A stretch of 64,000 nt of DNA from Mobula hypostoma (Eukaryota). This document shows, one piece after another, positions 49,170-61,141 of this stretch. The stretch is taken from assembly GCF_963921235.1 (NCBI RefSeq), contig NC_086097.1:181228001-181292000 (forward strand), given 5' to 3'. The notes beneath the pieces were generated by a model, which worked only from the letters and a program-made list of their open reading frames with translations, was not told the DNA's origin and did no database searches. The position numbers were made by a program, and so were the translations under genes. The first letter of the stretch is position 1; the number at the start of each line of letters is the position of its first letter.

Positions 49170-52100
49170 GCAGTTGTAAATTGGCAGGCAGGATGGGGGA
49201 AGTGAAACTCCATGGTCGAAGGTTCTGGACTTGAGCCCCATTCCAGGCAAAAGGGCATACTTTGCATGATACTAACTCTCTGGAAGAGAACACCACTCTA
49301 AGTAAAGGTGCTACTGAGAGAGTGGGATGAGGGCAAAGCTCATGTCCAACTCTTGCAGGAAGTATGCGTGAGCGTCAACCAGGAACCGCATGTTACAGAT
49401 CAAGTGGCCCGATTAAGACCTGCTGGACCTGAAGTCTTAGTTGACCCTAAACACAGGGCACACTCTCCTTTGGCAGAAGTACCAGGGGAAGAAGGACACA
49501 CTGAGGGACTTGCAGCTCGTTTTGGGGCGGGGGAGGGGGTTGTTGATAGGGGTCCTGAGGTATGTTCACGAAGTCACAGATCCAGCTGTTACAAGATCTG
49601 GATTGTGCCTCACCCTTTTACTCTGGCAAAATGGGGCGGTGTGCACAGGCAGCTTGTGGAGCTGCTGGTAAGGGATGGCTCCTCCATCATGGTTCTAGCA
49701 AAAACTGTTCATGATGATCATTCATTTTATGTGACCCTGTTCTGGCCGGACCTGTTAAGTGAGGGAGTGCTGTGGGAGGGCTTGCCAAAGGCCAGCCCTG
49801 AGGCAGTCCTGTGGCTAGGCTTCCCTATCGCTGGAGGAACTGACTAGCACCCTCAGCCAGCTGTGGAGAGGCAAGTCCCTGTGGTTGGATGGGTTGACTG
49901 TGGAATTCCTCAGACCTTCTGGGCCATGGTGCTGACTATACCAGGGTCCTGGATGACAGCCTGGCAACAGGTGAGATGCCCCATTCTTGGCATAGGGTGG
50001 TCGTGGTCCTGCTGCCAAAGAAAGGGGATCTTTGCGGCCTGATGAATTGGAGACTGGTATCTATCATAAGATGCCCTTTTGCTTTGGGAGAGGGTTATGT
50101 CAAGGCTGACTGAAGTTGGGATAACTGCGCAGAATCTCTCCTGTGTCTTGTTCAGAAACAGTTGACAGGTTTGGTTCTGCGCAGGCCAGAGATGAGGGTA
50201 GTCCTTTTGGCTTATGCCAGTGATCCTCATGATCACCAACCCTCTTGACCTACAGAGGATGTGAGACTGCCAGCAGTTTTTCTCAGCCAGAGTCAATTAG
50301 GGAAAGTGCTCTGATCTTTTAGTGGGTCAGTGGGGGATGGACTCTCTGCCAGAGGAGCTACGCACCTTGTACCACCTCAAACTGCTGGTCTGTCTAAGCT
50401 CCACTGAGGAGATTGCCTGCTGAACTGGTGGGACTAAAGGGGGTGAAAGTCTCTGCCTGGCTAGGATGCTGGTCAGGTCTACTCCAAGGAATCTTCTACT
50501 GGGGCAGGGCGTTGGTCATCAATCAACTGATAACCTCCATTCTTTGGTACTGGCTGGTCACACTAGTTGGTCAGATTATGGAAGGCAGTACACTGGTGTG
50601 TGTATGTATCCAGCTGGCAGCTCTCTGCCGCAGGACTCTGCAGAGATGTACGTACACTAAGCGCCCTCAGAGGTGGCATGCACTGGAGAAACACTTTTTT
50701 CCTCGGGGACACTGTTTTCAGTAGAATATATGGCTCCCAATATTGAGTATCAGCTATGTTTTTACTGGGAGCTTTTGCAGGTCTGGGGTAGGGCCCCTCC
50801 GGTCAGAGTGCTCCTGCACCGGGGGAGAGTGGTGCTTGTGTTATGGGAGGTCATTTCCCATCCTTTTATGGTGGGTGTCAGGCTGGCTTGGGGGTGTGAA
50901 GCGGTTCTGGCCACTCGTGGAACCCAAACACTGAGATCATCTTTGGGAGCCGATGCTACACAGCATGAGCCACCTCACAGAGATACCCCATTGTGTAGTT
51001 CCGTGATTCACTGAGATGGTTCTGAAATGGGCTGCTTTTGCCACTTTTCACTTTATTGCACTGGCCTACCGTTCAGTCATGCTGTGCTGCTCTGTCTTAC
51101 TATCAGGCGGTGAATAAGGTCTCCCAGTGGAAGTCTGTCTGTGCAGGGGTTTTACCCTTGTACACTGGGGACTTGGGGTGGAGAGTATTGCAACCGGCAG
51201 TACCGTGTAATAGATTCTTCAGCAGATTTAGAAACCTAGAAAGCCTACAGCACAAAACAGGCCCTTTGGCCCACAAAGCTGTGCTGAACACGTCCTTCCT
51301 CTAGAAATTACCTAGGGTTACCTGTAGCCCTCTACTTTTCTAAGTTCCATGTACCCATCGAGGAGTCTCTTAAAAGAGCCTATCGTACCTGTCTCCACCA
51401 CCGTCGCCAGCAGCCCATTCCATGCACTCACCACTCTTTGTACCTAATTCCAAGCACCTTAAAACTGTGCCCTCTCGTGTTACCCATTTCAGCCCTGGGA
51501 AAAAGGCCTCTGACTATCCACACGATCTAAGCCTTTCATCATCTTGTACACCTCTATCAGTCACCTCTCATCTTCTGTCACTATAGGGAGAAAAGGCCGA
51601 GTTCACTCAACCTATTCTCATAAGGCATGCTCCCCAATCCACGCAACATACTTGTAAATCTCCTCTACACCCTTTCCACATCCTTCCTGCAGTGAGGTGA
51701 TTAGAACTGAGCACAATACTCCAAGTGGGGCCTGACCAGGGTCCTATATAGCTGCAACATTACCTCTCGGCTCTTAAACTCAGTCCCACAGTTGACGAAG
51801 GCCAATGTACCATATGCCTTCTTAACTACAGGATCAACCTGCACAGCAGCTTTGAGCATCCTATGAACTCAGACCCCAAGATCCCTCTGATCCTCCACAC
51901 TGCCAAGAGTCTTACCATTAGTACTGTATTCTGCCATCATATTTGACCCCTTCTAAAATGAACCACCTCACACTTAACCGTCTTGAACTCCATCTGCCAC
52001 TTCTCAGCCCAGTTTTGCATCCTATCGATGTCCCGTCATAACTTCTGACAGCCCTCCACGCTATCCACAGCACCCCCAACCTTTGTGTCATCAGCAAATT

Positions 52101-53278
52101 TACTAACTCATCTCTCACTTCCTCATCCAGGTCATATATAAAATCATGAAGAGAAGGGATCCTAGAACAGATCCCTGAGGACATTCTCAATTTACGCTTC
52201 CAAGTTCCTCCCTGATAGCTTCATATTTTGCCTAACTTCAATTTAAAGCTTTCCTAACTTGTTTGTTCCTATAGTAAAGGTGATAGAATTGTGATCACTA
52301 TCTTCAAAATGCTCCCCCACTGAGAGATCTGACACTTGACCATGTTCATTTCCCAATACCAGATCAAGTACACCCTCTCCTCTTGTAGGCTTATCTACAT
52401 ATTGCATCAGGAAACCTTGCTGAACACACATATCAAACTCTACCCCATCTAAACCCCTTGCTCTAGGGACATGCCAATCGATATTTGGGAAATTAAAATC
52501 TCCCACCACGACAACCCTGTTATTATTACACCTTTCCAAAATCTATCTCCCTATCTGTTCCTTGATGTCCCTGTTACTATTGTGTGTTCTATAAAAAAAC
52601 ACCCTGTAGAGTTATTGACCCCTTCCTGTTCCTAACTTCCACCCACTGAGACAATCCCGTCATGACTTCTTTTTTTTCTGCAGCTGTGAAACTACCTCTG
52701 ATCAGCAGTGCCACCCCCCCCCCCACCTCTTTTGCCTCACTCCCTGTCCTTTCTGAAACATCTGAAGCCTGGCACTCGAAGTAACCATTCCTGCTGCAAA
52801 GCGATCCAAGTCTCTGTAATGGCCACAACATCATAGCTCCAAGTACTGATCCACACTCTAAGCTCATCCACTTTGTTCATAATAATCCTTGCATTAAAAT
52901 AGACACATCTCAAACCATTGGTCTGAGCACATCCCTCCTCCATCACCTGCCTATCCTCCCTCTCGCACTGTCTTCAAGCTTTCTCTATTTGTGAGCCAAC
53001 TGCCTCTTCCTCTATCTCTTCAGTTTGGTTCCCACCCCCCAGCAATTCTAGTTTAAATTCTTCCCCAAAAGCCTGAGCAAACCTCCCTGCTAGGATATTG
53101 GTCCCTCTGGGTATAGTGGGGGATTTCCATGAATGGTGGCCCCCAAAGGAAGTAAGTGTGTTATGGATGGTAATAACTGTACTTTAATTTAATTTAAATT
53201 CACTAACTGTATTGTAACCCCTAACCGATGTATGTCTTTTGTATTTGAATAAAGTTTTGTATGTTTGTAAAAAAAAAA
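49170..53278 (+). mobile_element. Degenerate Tx1-clade non-LTR retrotransposon split by a CR1 insertion
   Basis: WDEGKAHVQL, the region encoding LLPKKG, YWGRALVINQLITSILWY and GDLGWRVL...VPCNRF; 3' end aataaag...poly(A) at 53248-53278. Confidence 0.7.
51229..53107 (-). mobile_element. CR1 with internal deletion (endonuclease + RT C-terminus + 3' end)
   Basis: LRCVYFNAR...YDVVAITETW, VVVGDFNFPNIDW, LDLVLGNE...SDHNSITF. Confidence 0.85.
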
Positions 53279-53329
53279 GGATAGGGGTGGTATTGTGGGA
53301 GCTCTTGGAAAAAGTCGATTTATTTTAGA

Positions 53330-55030
53330 ATAAACCATGAAGAATGGTGAAGAGTAGGGAGGAAGGTGTAGGAGAGATGTGTTTCAACTTTGATAGTGGA
53401 CTGCAGTAGTTTTCTTCTTGGAGGATGACTGTTTTGCTGAGTTTGTTGAGTCTGTGCTCGGTCCATGGCAGTGACAGTGGCTGGCGGCTTGCCAAAGTTT
53501 TGTGTCTGCAACTTTTAGTGGAAGCTGAGACAGATTTATCGAGTACACCAGGTGGTAAACCCTTTCCCACCTGGTGTATGTGACCTGGGATAGCCAGGTG
53601 AAGAGTTTTGTGGCGACTCCTTGGACTTTTGCTTGGATGAAGGAACATCGGAACGGCCTGACTGAGAGCTGGAAAGGGCAGCGCTGGGGTTTCACTGCGC
53701 AGACTTTCCTGCCTGTCTGGAGGAGACTTTCTCTCTCGGATCTGCTCTTTAGAAAGATTGATAAGTGCTGTCACTGAGTTAAATCATCAGGGTTTTGACT
53801 TCTGACTGCATGGGCTTTAACATGGCAAGCTGTATCTCTTAAATGGCAGGAGCTAGTTTCTACACAAAAGCCGTAGTTTCTGGTGAAAGAACTCCTGTAG
53901 TGCCACCACATTTCGGACTGAAGAACACATGCAGTGTGATATCCCGGCACCCTTGAATGCTGAGGAGTGCACGTCTCCCGTGTAGTGGCGGCCTCCATGC
54001 AGCCGGTGCCATTCTCGGACCACCACCTGGTGTGGTTTGGGCTTAACCTGCTACCTATGTGGGCTGGGTCCACGTACTGGCATTTCAAAAACTGGTTGCT
54101 AGAGGATGGGTGATTCCGTGTCTTGTTCCATCTATTCTGGGATGCCTGGAGGGGAGAACAGAGCAATTTCACCTCCCTGAGACTTTGGTGGGATGTATGC
54201 AAAGCTCACATCCAACTCTTTTTAGATTATGAGAACACTCAGTCCCCTTTTATTGTCATTTAGAAATGCATATACGCATTAAGAAATGATACAATGTTCC
54301 TCCGGAGTGATATCACAGAAAACAGGATGTCAAAGACTAACACTTGCAAGGAATATGTGCGAGATCAACCAAGAAACAGCCTAAGAAAGAGCTGCTCAGC
54401 TTGGAGACTGAGCTGACCCCAACCACGGGGGAATTCCCTCCTTTGGCACAAGTACCGGCAAAGAAGGAAGCACTGAGGGACCTGCAGCTCAAGGAGGTGC
54501 TTTAGTGAAGTCAAGGACCCAGCTGTTACAAGATCTGGTTCATGCCTCACCCTTTTATCTCTGGAGAAATGGAGAGGTGTGCACAGACAATTTGTGGAGC
54601 TGCTGGTAGAGGGTGGCTCCTCTGTCATGGTACCAGCGAGAATCGTTTATGAAGTTTGCTCATTTTATGTAACCCTTTTCTTGCCAGACCTGTCAAGTGA
54701 GGAGGTGCAGGGAGTGCTGTGAGAGGATCTGCCAGATCTCTTCCCAGAACCCTTAACCAGCTACAGAGAGGCAAGTCTCTGTCATTGGATGAGTTGACTG
54801 TAGAATTCCTCAGTGCCTTTCGGGACATATTGGGTGTTGACTGCACCAGGGTCCTGGGTGAAGCCTGGTGGCAGGTGATCTGCCCCTCTCTTGGCATAGG
54901 ATGGTCATAGTCCTGCTGCCAAAGAAGGGGGATCTTTGCTGCCCGAGGAATTGGTGCCCAGTGTCTGTCTTGTGCAGTAAGTATAGGAATCTTTGCCTGG
55001 GCAATTGCCAATCGCCTAGGCTCTGTGCTG
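53330..55030 (+). mobile_element. Second degenerate Tx1-like fragment (endonuclease to RT N-terminus)
   Basis: 54170-54960 parallels 49310-50060; GDLPLSWHRMVIVLLPKKGDL...NWCPVSVL. Confidence 0.7.
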
Positions 55031-55359
55031 TCACAAATGATCCACTAAGACTAGCCTTACAAAGTCCGTCGTGTGTTGGCACAAGAGAAGATTACTTTGA
55101 CCTTTTGAATCACTTCTGCCCTTCATGAGTGATCTGTACCTCTGCATTTACTCACCAACCTCAATAGTGATACACAACAATCTGTCCTTAGAGTGCCCTT
55201 AATGTACTTTAAATCAGCATAATGAAATATAAATTGACATCATGCCATATAACAAATTAATGGCCAGAACACTAAAGCACACGGTGGTTTATGATTTGGA
55301 TTCGATGCCCTGGAGGTTCAGGCTGTGGATAATGCACGGGAATGGATGAAAATAAAAAA

Positions 55360-55483
55360 AACACTGAGGCTGGAAATATAAAACTAAAGCAGAAAATGCT
55401 GGGGGCACTCAGTAGGTCAGGTGGCATCTGTAGAAAGAGAAACAGCCAAGGTTTCCGGTCAGAGACCATTCGTCAGGACTGGG
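55360..55483 (-). mobile_element. Old PLE tail with degenerate hammerhead
   Basis: Minus strand cagtcctgacgaatggtctctgaccggaaacc...acagatgccacctgacctactgagtg...cagcattttctg. Confidence 0.65.
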
Positions 55484-56040
55484 AAGGAAGCAAAAGAAGC
55501 TTTGCGAGGATGTTGCCAGGACGAGAGGGGCTGAGTTACAGAGAGGGAGAGATTGGTCAGGCTGGGTCTTCATTCCTTGGAACATAGGAGAATGAGAGAT
55601 GATTTTATAGAAGTGTTTAAATTTCTGAGAGGCATAGATAAGGTGGAATGTAACTTCTTGGCATTATAGGAAATTGGGATGACCTGGGTGTGCGCCATGG
55701 TTCGCATGAGCTAGTTGGGCCAAAGGACCTGTGTCCATGCTGTATTGCTCTGTAATTCTAAGTTCAGTTAGTGCAGTGTGTGTTTTGGGAGGAAGCTGTC
55801 TCTTCTGGGGTAGAACTGGCATGAGCATTGGGATAAGCTGTAAACAGATTATTTGGGAGCAGCTGGAGAGTGGGAACGTAGAAGAATATAGGAGTGTATG
55901 AAATGCAGAGATGGGTCAGACTGGGCCTGTGCCCCACTCCCCTGGAATTCAATACATTTACCACTCTCTGTGTAACAAATCCTACCTCTGACAACTCCCT
56001 AAATCTTCTTCCACTCACCTTAAACGGATGTCCCCTGGTA

Positions 56041-57690
56041 TAGGTCCACAATCCCTTATCCAAAATTCTTGGGGCCAGTTGCATTTCAGAATTCAGAATT
56101 TTTCGGATTTCAGAAAATTGATAATTAACCTGTCTCAGTGTGGATGGACTTTAGGACCCAGGGGAGCTCCAGACCTACGCACATCCTCCCGTATACTTTA
56201 AATCATCTCTAGATTACTTATAATACCTAATACAGTGTAAATGCTATGTAAGTTGTTATACTGTATTGTTTAGGGAAAAAAGGCTGTACATGCACAAACG
56301 ACGAGTGCTGGAGAGAGAACTTCCGGGTTTTCCTGATCCATGCTCTTTTTGACATTTTCACAGCATTAGAAACTGTGTAAATGGCATCCTTAACATTGAA
56401 CTCTTTCAGGAAGTCTTGGATTCCTACTCCTCTGTTGACTGCAGAAAGCATACAATTCAAAAAATAGTCTTTATACTTGCTCTTCATGGAACGTAAAATT
56501 CCTTGGTCACAAGGCTGTGATATAGATGTCACATTGGGGGACAAGTAAATTGCGAAAACATTACTTTTCACAAGAAGTTCGGCAGGGGGATGTGCGAAGC
56601 AGTTGTCCAGGAACGATAAAATTTTACTGTTTTCTTCCAGTCCAGCTTGCCTGCAATGAGGTCGTGCCGCTGGTACAAAGTAGTTATTGAACCAGTCAGA
56701 AAACATTTCTCGGGTTACCCTTGCTTTCTTGGTTGCATAATAATACACAGGGAAATTGCGTACACCTTTCAGACATCTCGGATGATGGCTTTTTCCAGTC
56801 ATTGTCAACTTCACCTTGTGTGTGCCTGCTGCATTGGCACACCCAAGAATAGTTAACCTGTCCTTAGCATCTTTAAAACCTGTTGGTGCTCTCTCATCAG
56901 CCGTTGTTAATGTTTTTCTAGGAATGTAGCGTCAGTACAAAGCTGTTTCATCAACATTGTAGATTTGTTCAGGGCTAAGGTTTTCATCAGATATTATCTT
57001 GGCAAATTCGTCAATGTAATTTTCAGCTGCTGCTTGATCAGCAGAAGCTTTTTCACCACAGATTTTCAGCTATGTTACACCATGATGCTTCTTAAATTTC
57101 TGCAGCCACCCTTCTGAGTATTGACTCAATCAACATACGGTCAAGATCTTCATTTTTTGCCCTATGCAGTGTTTTCCTATTTTTCATTAGTTTATGGTCA
57201 TCACTGTCACTATTAAACTTCAGTAACTTGTCTTCCTGTATCTTTAAATCATATACAGTGGTAGTTCCAACACCATATTCTTCAGTAAGACACTGCACAG
57301 TCACACCACGATCAAGCTTCTGCAATAACTCCACTTTCTGCGTTATTGATAATGATAGATGATTCCTTCTCTTTTCCTCATTGTTACCCATAGGGGTATC
57401 TGCAACTTTTTTTTTGACATTTTTGACATTTTCGTGGTGAAGTTAAACACAAAGTCAACAGTGAACACAAAGTATCAGCAAACAGCAAATGCACGTGTAA
57501 CCATTACGAGCGCTGAGCCACAACTGATGTCTAGCAGCCTCTGCAAGTGCTGCCACATCACACCTGAATGACGTTAGCTGTTGGGGCGCCAAACAAGCCT
57601 TGTTACAACACACTCCACACTCCATGAGAAAAACTTCCGTTTTTGGAGCTTTTTGGATTTCAGAATTTCGGATAAGGGATTGTTGACCTG
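56041..57690 (-). mobile_element. Tigger/pogo DNA transposon with a decayed CENP-B/Jerky-like DDE transposase
   Basis: TIRs taggtccacaatcccttatccaaaattc and gaatttcggataagggattgttgacctg with TA on both sides. HTH KRRNHLSLSITQKVELL...YGVGTTTVYDLK (57092-57391). DDE region LDNCFAHP...PNVTSISQPCDQGILRSMKSKY (56227-56814). Stops and frameshifts are present. Confidence 0.92.
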
Positions 57691-58281
57691 TATTGGCCAT
57701 TGCAGCCCTGGGAAAATTGTGCTAACCGTCAACTCTATCTATGCCTCTCATAATCTTATCCACATCTGTCAAGTTGCCTCTCATCCTTCATTGCTCCCAA
57801 GAGGAAAATCCCTAACTCTCAACCTTTCCTCTTAAGGTTCACTTGGAATTTCTGTGTGATTTTGGCCAAAGCAGCTTGGTTAACTATAAAGTAATACAGC
57901 ATGGAAAGAAGCCATTCCACCTATTGTTTCCATAACTGCTTTTGGTAAGAGATGTTTAAATAGAACTCATTCTTTCTCTACTCCTTCCTCCTAGTCCAGC
58001 CTTCTGTCTTTATCAGTTCTTCTTTGAAAAAGAAACTGCTCCTACTGCTCTGAAAGGCAGCAAGTTACAGATCACAGCAGCTCCCCTGGCAAATAATGAC
58101 ACCGCATCTACCCACTACCACCCCAACTAGAAACAATTTCCAAGAGTCTTGGCGTTTTGATCCTTTTCCGGGTGGCATTTAAACTCATGACTTTCTGACT
58201 CGGCTGAGGGACAGCTGAGATCTCCAAAATAAACACTTACATTTTCATCTGTCCCCTTGAAATTAATCTTAGACCGGTATT

Positions 58282-59117
58282 CGACTCTGCCATAGTTGGG
58301 TGCATCAGCAAGGGAGATGAGGTTGAGTACAGGGCTACAGTAGGAAACTTTGTCACATGGTGTGAGCAGAATTATCTGCAGCTTAATGTGAAAAAGACTG
58401 AGGAGCTGGTGGTAGACCTGAGGAGAGCTAAGGTACCGGTGACCCCTGCTTCCATCCGGGGGGTCAGTGTGGACATGGTGGAGGATTACAAATACCCGGG
58501 GGTACAAATTGACAACAAACTGGAATGGTCAAAGAACACTGAGGCTGTCTAAAAGAAGGGTCAGAGCCGTCTCTATTTCCTGAGGAGACAGGTCCTTTAA
58601 CATCTGCTGGATGATGCTGAGGATGTTCTACGAGTCTGTGGTGGCCAGTGCGATCATGTTTGCTGTTGTGTGCTGGGGCAGCAGGCTGAGGGTGGCAGAC
58701 ACCAACAGAATCAACAAACTCATTCGTAAGGCCAGTGATGTTGTGGGGATGGAACTGGACACTCTGACGGTGGTGTCTGAAAAGAGGATGCTGTCTAAGT
58801 TGCATGCCATCTTGGTCAGTTCATAATGTATTGAGTGGGCACAGGAGTACATTCAGCCAGAGACTCATTCCACCAAGATGCAGCACTGAGCGTCATAGGA
58901 AGTCATTCCTGCCCGTGGCCATCAAACTTTACAACTCCCCCCTTGGAGGGTCAGACATCCTGAGCCAATAGGCTGGTCCTGGACTTACTTCATAATTTAC
59001 TGGCATAATTTACATATTACTATTTAACTATTTATGGTTCTATTACTATTTATTATTTATGGAGCAACTGTAACGAAACCAATTTCTCTCGGGATTAATA
59101 AAGTATGACTATGACTT
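58282..59117 (+). mobile_element. Rex-Babar 3' fragment, same family as 26625-28597
   Basis: Near-identical to 27772-28597; tail aataaagtatgactatgact. Confidence 0.9.
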
Positions 59118-60756
59118 GTTCTCTATGAAGCACTGGCTGGATGCTGTGTTCTGCTTCTTATGTGGCTGAGGTGATAGGAGGCACTCCAGCATTTGCAGTC
59201 TCAGGCAGGCGTGTGGAGGGAGTGAAGGATGATCAATAACTTGCTAGAGAGGGGTTGTTGGTAAGTCGCAGTGTAGTGGGTGCTCCAAGAAGTTTTCTGT
59301 TGGCAGGTTTGGTGGGTGACGATCCCTTGCTGGGGCCAGAGTTTAGTGACACTCTGGAATTAGTTGGACAGTGAAACAGCTCATTTCCTGCTGTGTTCTT
59401 TGTGGGTTTGCTGATCACTGATTAGTCAGATGTTGGTATGATTTAAAATAACTCTTTCCTGCATCAAACTAGTAATTTCTCCAGCAGTTTCCATCCGCTG
59501 AGGTAGCCTTGGTCGGATGTGAGCCTGTTATTAATGGAGATTCCCCATGCCCCATAATGAACCCAGTTCACTGACCCTCTGGTCTCGTGGCCGGATATGG
59601 TGGATGTGAGATTTTTCACCCTGGATTGACCTTTGTTTGGGTCAGATCATGTGTGCACCAGTGTACTAATCAACATTCCCTGATGTCTGAATATGGAATG
59701 TTCTGACATGGCCACTTCGGTTACTCATTCTGCCCTCATCCCAAATTTCAATAAAGAAAGATGTGGGGATTTCTGGTGAGTCTAGTCATTGCCATGCAGT
59801 CTGATCATCCCAGGGTCCCAGGATTCATCTATTAATCACATGTACTGAAATACATCAATGTGTCAAACAAACGTAGTGAAATGTGTCATTTGCTTTAACA
59901 ACAAACACAACCTAAGGATGTGCTGGGAGCTTCCCGCAAGTGTTGCCACATTCCAGTGCCAATATCGCATGCCCACAATGGTCAGCAGAACAGCACAAAC
60001 AACAATAACGCAACAGCAACAAAACAATAACTGCAAAACAAGCTCCTTTCCTCCTCCTCCCAGTCTGCTACCCATCCACTCACAGACACAAACAGGCTCC
60101 AACCCCAGGGCAAGCTGTCTCCTGGCCTTCAGTCATTAGTCCGTTGTCTGGACTTGCAGACTCCAAACATGGACCCTCAGATCCTTGGACATGCCAACCC
60201 AGGGGCTTCGACCATTGGGCCTCGATTTCTAGACTCATCACTGTGGTCTTCTATAGTCTTACACCAGAACCAGACCTTCTGACAAAGGTGCTTCAGCAGT
60301 GCTGTTGGGATGTGAATTCCAGAACTGAGACACAGTGATGATGATAGGTTGTGGTCGGTGACCAGCAAGAAGCCTGCAGCAGTAGCATTCCCCTACTGCT
60401 CTTGTGGGTTTGACAGATAGCTTGGGTGAGTAACTGCAGTGTGTTTTGTACCCAGTATACAACTCCAGACCCATTGATTGTTCTTAATTACCTCCTGGCC
60501 CTTAGGGCAGGACAGTAAATGCCACTTTATCCAAATCTCCCCAGACTCTCATAGAGTTGTAAAGTCATATGTAGAGAATGGAAATAGGCCCTTAAGCACA
60601 ACTTGTTCAAGCTAGCTTCAAACATTGAAGGCCAGTGTACCATGCTACCTTAATTTATGCCTCCTAGTTTTTTGATTCCCTTTCCCTGGTCGAAGACCTT
60701 GCGCTTTCACACTGTCAGTACCCATCATAAATTTAAATGCCTCTATAAAATCACAT

Positions 60757-61141
60757 AGTCATAATCATACTTTATTGATCTGGGGAAATTGGTTTTCATC
60801 ACAGTTGCACCATAAATAATTAAATAGTAATAAAATCATAAATAGTTAAATAGTAATATGTAAATTATGCAAGTAAATTATGAAATAAGTCCAGGACCAG
60901 CCTATTGGCTCAGGGTATCTGACCCTCCAAGGGAGGAGTTGTAAAGTTTGATGGCCACAGGCAGGAATGACTTCCTGTGATGCTCTGTGTTGCATCTCGG
61001 TGGAATGAGTCTCTGGCTGAATGTACTGCTGTGCCCAACCAGTCCATTATGTAGTGGATGGGAGACATTGTCCAAGATGGCATGCAACTTGGACAGCATC
61101 CTCTTTTCAGACACCACTGTCAGAGAGTCCAGTTCCATCCC
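60757..61141 (-). mobile_element. Rex-Babar 3' fragment, same family, inserted in a CR1 remnant
   Basis: MELDSLTVVSEKRMLSKLHAILDNVSHPLH...GGSDTLSQ. Confidence 0.9.
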
